From Halomicronema hongdechloris C2206 (lineage in GTDB: Bacteria > Cyanobacteriota > Cyanobacteriia > Phormidesmidales > Phormidesmidaceae): DNA of 32,000 nt. Below the pieces are notes generated by a model. That model saw only the letters and a list, made by a program, of their open reading frames with translations, had not been told where the DNA came from and did no database searches. Shown here in pieces: positions 26,346 through 32,000 of this stretch (positions are counted from its first letter, which is position 1; each line of letters opens with the position of its first letter). The stretch lies in the NCBI RefSeq assembly GCF_002075285.3, contig NZ_CP021983.2, positions 4,350,001-4,382,000 of the forward strand, read 5' to 3'. The position numbers were made by a program, and so were the translations under genes.

Positions 26346-26374
26346 GTAAAACGCACTATTCAACCGACGCAGGG

Positions 26375-27229
26375 TTATTCTTCCTGAGCCTGTAGCTGTT
26401 CAAAGCGTCGTAGGGCCATAGTGCTATTGCGGCGGTAAGCCTCGACTCGTTCCTGGGCGACAGAGTAGCGGTTGTCGCTGGGGGCGACCTCAGCCATTAG
26501 GTCTGAGGCTCGCTGCCAGCGATTGGCTAAATCGAGCCATTCGGTGGCGGTGGCAGCAGTTTGACCATCGGCAGCGGCCTGTTCAGCAATGCGTACTGCT
26601 TGGGCAAAAGCATCTTGAGCCGAGGGATCAGTGGCGGCGGATATGGACTCGGTTTCAGTGGGGTTGGAGTCGGATGAGAGCAGTTCTATGCCCAACCAAT
26701 CTTTGAGCCCCCACCCTACTAACACTAGGAATAGACAGAGGCTGGCCCCGCCTAATAACCCTCGCCAAAACCAGCGCTGACTGGCATCTCCTCGCAGACC
26801 ATTACGCGTAATGCTGGGCGGTGGCGCAAATTTCTTTCGAGGTAAGTTGCGGTCTTGCCAGAGTCGTACCAGAGGATTGGGACGTCTGAGACGAATCAGT
26901 TGTGACCACAGGAGTTGCTTCTGAGGATCACTCTTGATTTCTTCCAGCCAGAGCAGTTGCTGCTCTTTGATGATGCGACCGTTGATGTTGACCTTGGAAA
27001 TGTGGCGGGGACCAATCGTCTCTAGAATCTGCCTGACTTGTTCAACGACGGTCTGTTGCTCGAGCTGCTCGGGACGTTGGGCTTCACACAACAATTGCAA
27101 TACGCCCTGATCTAAGACGGCTCGACTGCGGATGCCGTCATCGGCCAGGCGCGTGTTGAGAATTTGAATGATGGCGGCGACGCTTCCCTGGCGCGCTTGG
27201 CTACTGATATCGTCAATCGATTGCATCAT
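26375..27229 (-). CDS. conserved cyanobacterial hypothetical membrane protein (single TM)
   Basis: The 284 aa product has an N-terminal domain QGSVAAIIQILNTRLADDGIRSRAVLDQGVLQLLCEAQRPEQLEQ...INGRIIKEQQLLWLEEI of a kind I recall from many cyanobacterial proteins. The TM segment is WFWRGLLGGASLCLFLVLVGWGL. GC is backbone-like. Confidence 0.7.
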   Translation of the reverse strand: MMQSIDDISSQARQGSVAAIIQILNTRLADDGIRSRAVLDQGVLQLLCEAQRPEQLEQQTVVEQVRQILETIGPRHISKVNINGRIIKEQQLLWLEEIKSDPQKQLLWSQLIRLRRPNPLVRLWQDRNLPRKKFAPPPSITRNGLRGDASQRWFWRGLLGGASLCLFLVLVGWGLKDWLGIELLSSDSNPTETESISAATDPSAQDAFAQAVRIAEQAAADGQTAATATEWLDLANRWQRASDLMAEVAPSDNRYSVAQERVEAYRRNSTMALRRFEQLQAQEE

Positions 27230-27299
27230 GATTGGGCCGGGAATTTATCCCCATAGCCGAACGGTGTTATTCATCCTAGCAAGAGAGATCCCAGAAAGG

Positions 27300-27986
27300 T
27301 CATTGCTGTCTGAGATGCTGACTGTCGTTGAAGTGACGGATTTGCCACAGAATGCTGTTGAGGCGGTTGGTGTCGGTATTATGCCAGCGACTGCGATCGC
27401 ACCAAAATTCGAATAGGGCGGTGTTAGCCATAGGGATTTGCCAGGTGCGATCGCATCCTAAGATTTCCGCAATCAGGTGCTCTAGCAACCAATGATGGCT
27501 GATCACCCACAGCCGCTCACCATTGCCATGGTGGGTTAACACATGCTGCCAAAAACGACGGCTGCGGGCTCGACCCGCCGCCAAGCTTTCTGCCTGGGGG
27601 ATGGGAATCCAGTCGAGGCTGGTCATCATGCGATCGCACAGGTCTGGATATCGTCGGCAGGCCTCTGCCCAAGTCAGGCCGGAGAAAATGCCATTATCAA
27701 ACTCCTGCAGATCAGGAGTCAGCTGCACCGGCACCGGAGGCTGTGCCTCCACAGTCATGCCATGGCCCAGGCCAGCCACCATATGGGCCAGGGTGTCTAC
27801 GGCCCGTTGCAAAGGACTGCAATAGATTTGGCTAGGGGGCGCCATAGTCGCCAACCGGCGCCCCAAGCAAGCTGCCTGCCACCGCCCCAGCCCAGATAAC
27901 GGCGTCGATTGGCCTCCTTCCATTTGCCCCAACGCATTCCCCACCGACTCGCCATGACGCATCAACAGAATCTGTAAGTAATCCAT
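27300..27986 (-). CDS. histidine phosphatase family protein (phosphoglycerate-mutase-like)
   Basis: The catalytic RHG motif lies near the N-terminus (ILLMRHGESVGN). Later motifs are LSGLGRWQA and ...VISHH.... The product is 228 aa. Confidence 0.85.
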   Translation of the reverse strand: MDYLQILLMRHGESVGNALGQMEGGQSTPLSGLGRWQAACLGRRLATMAPPSQIYCSPLQRAVDTLAHMVAGLGHGMTVEAQPPVPVQLTPDLQEFDNGIFSGLTWAEACRRYPDLCDRMMTSLDWIPIPQAESLAAGRARSRRFWQHVLTHHGNGERLWVISHHWLLEHLIAEILGCDRTWQIPMANTALFEFWCDRSRWHNTDTNRLNSILWQIRHFNDSQHLRQQ

Positions 27987-28092
27987 GTGCTATTGACTAA
28001 TCACCCTGGCAACCATCCACTGATTTCATGCCTGGAGAGGAAGCCTAGCCTTTACAATAAGTAACCGTAGCTTGTGAAGGCCAATACTGCCG

Positions 28093-28461
28093 ATGCTGCT
28101 TAAGTCAACCACCCGTCATGTCCGCCTATTTGCCGCTGAAATTCGAGACAATGAGCTGGTTCCCAGTGACAGTGTGCTGACCCTAGATGTCGATCCAGAC
28201 AATGAATTCAACTGGAGCGAAGAAGCATTGCAGCAGGTCTATCGTGAATTTGATCGCCTCGTGGAACTCTACGATGGGGCTGAGCTGGTCGACTACAACC
28301 TGCGCCGCATTGGTTCTGACCTAGAGCACTTCATCCGTACCCTGCTGCAGAATGGTGAGATCAGCTACAACTTAAAGAGTCGCGTCATGAATTACAGTAT
28401 GGGATTGCCTCAGGTTGTCACTAATCAGTCTGATCAGGCTGATCAATCTGAGTCATCCTAA
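28093..28461 (+). CDS. ndhM: NAD(P)H-quinone oxidoreductase (NDH-1) subunit M
   Basis: [58 protein letters not shown]...[41 protein letters not shown] closely matches the NdhM consensus as I remember it. NdhM is specific to cyanobacteria and plastids. Confidence 0.9.
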   Translation: MLLKSTTRHVRLFAAEIRDNELVPSDSVLTLDVDPDNEFNWSEEALQQVYREFDRLVELYDGAELVDYNLRRIGSDLEHFIRTLLQNGEISYNLKSRVMNYSMGLPQVVTNQSDQADQSESS

Positions 28462-28477
28462 GGTTCTTTAGCGGCCA

Positions 28478-30730
28478 GTGGGCCTAAGCATTGTGATCGA
28501 GTGCCCCAATCCCGGCTGTCACGCATCAAATCCCGAGACACACCAGATGTGCCAGGTGTGTCAAACGCCATTGCTCCATCGCTATCTCTGGAGCACGGGG
28601 CCTCAACCAATTACCCTGCCAGAGGGGACCCGCCTGGCGGATCGCTATCAGGTTAAGGCGGGGGGAATTGTCCTAGATACTCGCCCTGGTCTGGCCCCCG
28701 AGCCCGTGGATGAGGTCCCCGACTTCTGCTTGCCCTATCTTCAGCTCTCGGACTTTCCGCTCCATGTCCCGCGCCCCTATGCCCTCGTCCCCGCTGTCCC
28801 TGAGCTATCCCTTCATGCCCCAGTGGTGCTACTGGAAGAGGCGGCCATCAGTACAACCGCAGGCACCCCTGAGGTACTGCCCGGCTTGGCCCAGGCTTGG
28901 GCAACGGCCCCCGGCTTGCGGCAACTGAATTGGCTCTGGCAAATGGCTCGCCTATGGCAGCCCTGCGTGACTCAAGGGGTAGGCACTACCCTGTTAACCC
29001 CCGACGTCTTACGAGTCGACGGGGCGCTGATAAAATTCCTAGAGCTGCGGGCAGATGCCAACCCTCTTGCTGAATCGCCTCAACTGTTAGGGTCGCAGTG
29101 GCAATCCCTGATTCCCGCGGCCCATGCTTCCCTACGCCCCTACCTGGAACGCCTGTGTGATCAACTCAGCACCGGACATATTGCCACCGCCTCTGCCCTA
29201 GTGGCCCAACTGGAGCGGGCTCTCTTGGCCAGCACCGAGGACCAGACCGTGACGCTGGCCCTAGCCACGTACACTGATCAAGGCCCCACCCGACAGCGCA
29301 ACGAAGATGCCTGCTATCCAGATGGTGGCACCGCGACTGCCCTAACGTTTGGGACCGGCCAGACGGATCAGCCTTGGCCTCTGATGATTGTCTGTGATGG
29401 CATCGGCGGCCATGAGGGCGGTGATGTGGCCTCTCACCTGGCCATCACGACCATCTGCCAAGAGCTACAGTCCCTACGCCAGGAAGCCGTCAGCCGTTCA
29501 ACTAGATTAGAACCAGCTACCGTTACTAATCATCTCCATCGAGCCATCCGAGTCGCCAACGACGCCATTGCCCAGCGCAATGATCGGGAGCAGCGCCAGG
29601 CCCGCGAGCGCATGGGCACAACCCTAGTCACCGCCTTGATCGCTCCTCCCTTTCTCTACATTGCCCATGTGGGGGATAGTCGAGCTTATCGCATTACGGC
29701 CCATGGCTGCCGTCAAGTTACCCTGGACGACGATGTCGCCACTCGAGAGATGCGCCTGGGCTATGGCTTTTATCAACAAGCGCTGCAACAGCCTAGTGCT
29801 GGTTCCCTGATTCAAGCCTTAGGCATGGGCAGTTCTCAGGGCATTTATCCGACTGTGCAACATTTTCTCCTGGAGGGGGAAGCACTCTTTTTGCTGTGTT
29901 CGGATGGGTTGAGCGACAACGATCGGGTTGAGTCTTTCTGGCAGATTGAACTGCAGCCCATCCTGGCTGGAAAACGCTCGGTTAAAAAAGCAGGCCAACA
30001 TCTGATTGACTTAGCCAATCTCTGCAACGGTCATGACAATGTCACCGTAGGCTTGCTGCAGCTACAACCAGCTCCCTGTGAGCCCGATCCGCAACGGTTA
30101 CTGGCAGCAGCAGCCATAGCGGCGCCCGAGCCGTTGGTGATGCCGTCTCCTGAGCAAGTGCCGCCACCAGCCCAGCGACTGAGAACGATATTTTGGGGAG
30201 GGCTGCTGGCCCTTGGCGTCGGGGCCGGGGCCGGGCTTTGGTGGTGGCATTGGCAGCAACGGCAGGCCCTCATGCCTCGCCAGTCGCCTACGGCGCTCGC
30301 CCCTGCCGAGGATAGTCTGCCGCGACCGAGTTCGTCGGTGTCAGCCGGCAAACTTCTGCAGGTGAAACAACCTATGGCAGTCAATGGGGCCTCTGGATCG
30401 GCTCGATTCCTCGAGGTACACTCAACCCCTACGGCGGGTCCCCTAGATCAGGCTCTGGCTCATATCCCCCCAGGGAGTATTCTGAAGGTAGAGAAACGGC
30501 AAGTCATTGCGGATAGTACTGCCTGGATAAGTATTGTTGTGTGTTCGGTGCCAGGGAGCAGCGCCTCTCCTGAATCAGCATCAAGGTCCGATTCTCCTGG
30601 AGGTGCCTCTACTAGCGGCGTTTTGGCAACTCCTGGGCCGCCACTGGGGCCAGGAGACCAAGGGTGGATCCCAGAAGCCACCTTGATGACGCTGACTGAA
30701 TCAACGCTAACTACTCCAGCCTGCCCCTAA
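28478..30730 (+). CDS. multidomain PP2C serine/threonine phosphatase: 4-Cys zinc-ribbon prefix, kinase-like (probably inactive) region, PP2C, TM helix, C-terminal SH3-like domain
   Basis: The 4-Cys prefix is CPNPGCHASNPETHQMCQVCQTPL. PP2C motifs are TDQGPTRQRNEDA, MIVCDGIGGHEGGDVAS, GTTLV...HVGDSRAY and LLCSDGLSD...NGHDNVTV. The TM helix is IFWGGLLALGVGAGAGLWWW. The C-terminus reads ...ILKVEKRQVIADSTAWISIVVC...GWIPEATL. The start is GTG, 16 nt after ndhM. Confidence 0.85.
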   Translation: MGLSIVIECPNPGCHASNPETHQMCQVCQTPLLHRYLWSTGPQPITLPEGTRLADRYQVKAGGIVLDTRPGLAPEPVDEVPDFCLPYLQLSDFPLHVPRPYALVPAVPELSLHAPVVLLEEAAISTTAGTPEVLPGLAQAWATAPGLRQLNWLWQMARLWQPCVTQGVGTTLLTPDVLRVDGALIKFLELRADANPLAESPQLLGSQWQSLIPAAHASLRPYLERLCDQLSTGHIATASALVAQLERALLASTEDQTVTLALATYTDQGPTRQRNEDACYPDGGTATALTFGTGQTDQPWPLMIVCDGIGGHEGGDVASHLAITTICQELQSLRQEAVSRSTRLEPATVTNHLHRAIRVANDAIAQRNDREQRQARERMGTTLVTALIAPPFLYIAHVGDSRAYRITAHGCRQVTLDDDVATREMRLGYGFYQQALQQPSAGSLIQALGMGSSQGIYPTVQHFLLEGEALFLLCSDGLSDNDRVESFWQIELQPILAGKRSVKKAGQHLIDLANLCNGHDNVTVGLLQLQPAPCEPDPQRLLAAAAIAAPEPLVMPSPEQVPPPAQRLRTIFWGGLLALGVGAGAGLWWWHWQQRQALMPRQSPTALAPAEDSLPRPSSSVSAGKLLQVKQPMAVNGASGSARFLEVHSTPTAGPLDQALAHIPPGSILKVEKRQVIADSTAWISIVVCSVPGSSASPESASRSDSPGGASTSGVLATPGPPLGPGDQGWIPEATLMTLTESTLTTPACP

Positions 30731-30759
30731 TCGGCTGTTTGTTATTAGAGTCGCCCCAT

Positions 30760-32000
30760 ATGTCTTTGTCTGAGCCCCTCTCGCTTCAGCTTGCCATCGA
30801 TCGGCTGACGGTTGCCGCAGAAGACCGCTACGCCATCTGGGTCCTGGAAAGTCCCTATCCAGGCGGCTATGTCCATCACGACCGGATTTGGGACGAGGCA
30901 CTGTCTAATCTGTGGAGGAATTGGCAAGATTTTTTCTCGCTGCGGCCCTTACCGCAGGTTCCCCATGTCCCGTCTACCTATGTGCCTCAGTTTGATCGGG
31001 AGCGACTGTCCTCTATGGCCAACGGGGGGGAGCGACCTCGGGGCTATACCAGTCGTCTGATGCAGGATCTGGGCATTGCCCTGTGGCAATGGTTGTTTGA
31101 TGGCCCGATTCAGCAGAGTTTGGAGCGCAGTTTAGGAATGGCTATGGGCCAGGATAAGCCCTTGCGGATACGACTAGATATTCGCACGCCGGCTCTGATC
31201 AATGTGCCCTGGGAGATCATGCAAGCTCAGTCGGGGCGTCAGGCCATCGCCCTAAGCCAGCAAATTCTCTTTAGCCGCACCACTAGTGCGGTGGATCCGC
31301 TGCTGCCACAACGTCTGGATGGCGCGCTGCGCATTTTGCTGGTGTTAGGCCAGGATGAGGCTCTGACTGGCGATGGCCCTAACGCCGCAACACTGCAACT
31401 GCACGAAGAGGCCCAGGTGCTGAAGGAGCTGTTGGAGCAGGGGACTTCGGGTTTGAGAGACAGCAGCGACAAGGCCTTTTGCCAGGTACATACGCTGCTG
31501 CAACCCGAGCCGGCTGAGCTCATCCAGCAGTTGGAAACGGGGAATTACAATGTGTTTTTCTATGCTGGCCATGGCATTCCGGCTCCCGATGGCGGTCTGC
31601 TGTTTTTGCGGCCAGGGTCACCCCTCAATGGGACGGAGTTAGCCCAGGTATTGACCCGGCAGCGGATTAAACTGGCCGTGTTTAATGCCTGTTGGGGGGG
31701 ACAACCCGATCAACGTCCCCAGCGCACTATGGCCCGCAGCAGTCTGGCCGAGGTGCTGCTGCATCACGGGGTACCGGCGGTGTTAGCCATGCGGGACTCG
31801 ATTGCCGATGAGGAGGCGCTGAGCTTTATTCAGGCCTTTGCCCAGGCATTGGCGGAGCGTCGACCGGTGGAAGAGGCCGTTGCGATCGCACGCCAGCAGC
31901 TGCTCACCCTATACAAATTCAATCAACCGGCGTGGACTCTGCCGATGCTGTACATGCATCCCAGCTTCGATGGCGTCATCCTCAATCCGGTCGTCGACGA
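30760..32000 (+). CDS. CHAT-domain (caspase-like) protein, 3'-partial (runs off the window)
   Basis: This ORF is not in the supplied track. I translated frame 1 from ATG 30760 by hand and found no stop to position 32000 (413 codons). The sequence runs MSLSEPLSLQLAIDRLT...LRIRLDIRTPALINVPWEIMQ...LRILLVLG...YNVFFYAGHG...RIKLAVFNACWGG...VPAVLAMRDSI. It has the His (YAGHG) and Cys (NACWG) dyad typical of CHAT/caspase-fold proteases. Confidence 0.8.
   Translation, partial: MSLSEPLSLQLAIDRLTVAAEDRYAIWVLESPYPGGYVHHDRIWDEALSNLWRNWQDFFSLRPLPQVPHVPSTYVPQFDRERLSSMANGGERPRGYTSRLMQDLGIALWQWLFDGPIQQSLERSLGMAMGQDKPLRIRLDIRTPALINVPWEIMQAQSGRQAIALSQQILFSRTTSAVDPLLPQRLDGALRILLVLGQDEALTGDGPNAATLQLHEEAQVLKELLEQGTSGLRDSSDKAFCQVHTLLQPEPAELIQQLETGNYNVFFYAGHGIPAPDGGLLFLRPGSPLNGTELAQVLTRQRIKLAVFNACWGGQPDQRPQRTMARSSLAEVLLHHGVPAVLAMRDSIADEEALSFIQAFAQALAERRPVEEAVAIARQQLLTLYKFNQPAWTLPMLYMHPSFDGVILNPVVD

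Larger units (their letters stand above)
9353..26374. other. AT-rich compositional island (~17 kb) carrying a polysaccharide/glycoconjugate assembly locus
   Basis: Hand counts of individual 60-nt lines: 35% GC (line 20041, island core), 72% (line 6301) and 45% (line 28201) in the flanks, and 42-55% in the terminal hydrolase gene. HIP1 sites number 4 in about 17 kb of island against 10 in about 15 kb of flanks. The right edge is sharp: a 29-nt gap between stop codons at 26345 and 26375. Confidence 0.7.

Noticed and set aside
27168-27899. Plus-strand ORFs 27168-27416, 27523-27825 and 27543-27899
   Set aside because: They lie opposite the histidine phosphatase gene and the upstream gene's start. 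Their Arg/Pro-rich products are typical of GC-rich shadow frames.
28710-30927. ORFs 28710-28928(+), 29624-29815(-), 29819-30001(-), 29845-30027(-), 30031-30384(-), 30460-30681(-), 30707-30901(-), 30745-30927(-), 30812-31060(+), 31239-31523(-) and 31345-31572(-)
   Set aside because: All are nested in, or antisense to, the PP2C gene or the hand-translated CHAT reading frame. Both of those have strong catalytic motifs.
1-32000. tRNA, rRNA, riboswitch or CRISPR content
   Set aside because: I found no T-loop-like GGTTCGAAT/GTTCAAAT contexts at the island junctions or elsewhere that I scanned. I saw no rRNA-like segments and no regularly spaced repeats. This is a visual scan only; tRNAscan, Infernal and CRISPR finders should confirm it.

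Overview
The window is a cyanobacterial chromosomal segment. Supporting evidence: 14 exact HIP1 palindromes (GCGATCGC), ndhM, a CHAT protease, a 4-Cys-prefix PP2C phosphatase and an STRR-like heptamer repeat. It has three parts.

(1) 1-9.35 kb is a GC-rich backbone. It carries queG, a zinc metalloprotease, a gamma-carbonic-anhydrase-like gene, a small Cys-rich cyanobacterial gene, a VOC-fold gene, an AAA+ ATPase, a SAM methyltransferase and two small hypothetical genes. Four consecutive genes (1.6-6.06 kb) carry at least 10 frame changes. Most of those I could localise sit in G/C/T homopolymer runs, so they are either real decay or assembly indels.

(2) About 9.35-26.37 kb is an AT-rich compositional island of roughly 17 kb. 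It encodes a glycan assembly locus:
- a polyprenol-phosphate GT2 and an ArnT/PMT-like GT-C, separated by transposase debris of backbone-like GC
- a 1.3 kb non-coding spacer containing a GC-rich nested-palindrome element
- a GT4 split at its inter-domain linker
- a tight module of a GlpD-like FAD oxidoreductase, a YdjM-like membrane metallohydrolase, an unknown HxH protein, an SDR epimerase, an LbH acetyltransferase, a GT4 and a Wzx-like flippase
- a lipoprotein with a DUF5060-like domain and a glycoside-hydrolase-like domain

I found no integrase, tRNA, flanking direct repeats, CRISPR array or rRNA.

(3) 26.37-32 kb returns to GC-rich backbone. It carries a membrane hypothetical, a histidine phosphatase, and a tightly packed ndhM / multidomain PP2C / CHAT array. 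The CHAT ORF runs off the window and is missing from the ORF track.

The most interesting candidate is the FAD oxidoreductase / metallohydrolase / HxH / SDR module embedded between lipid-carrier glycosyltransferases. All family calls come from motif recognition by eye; no searches were run.
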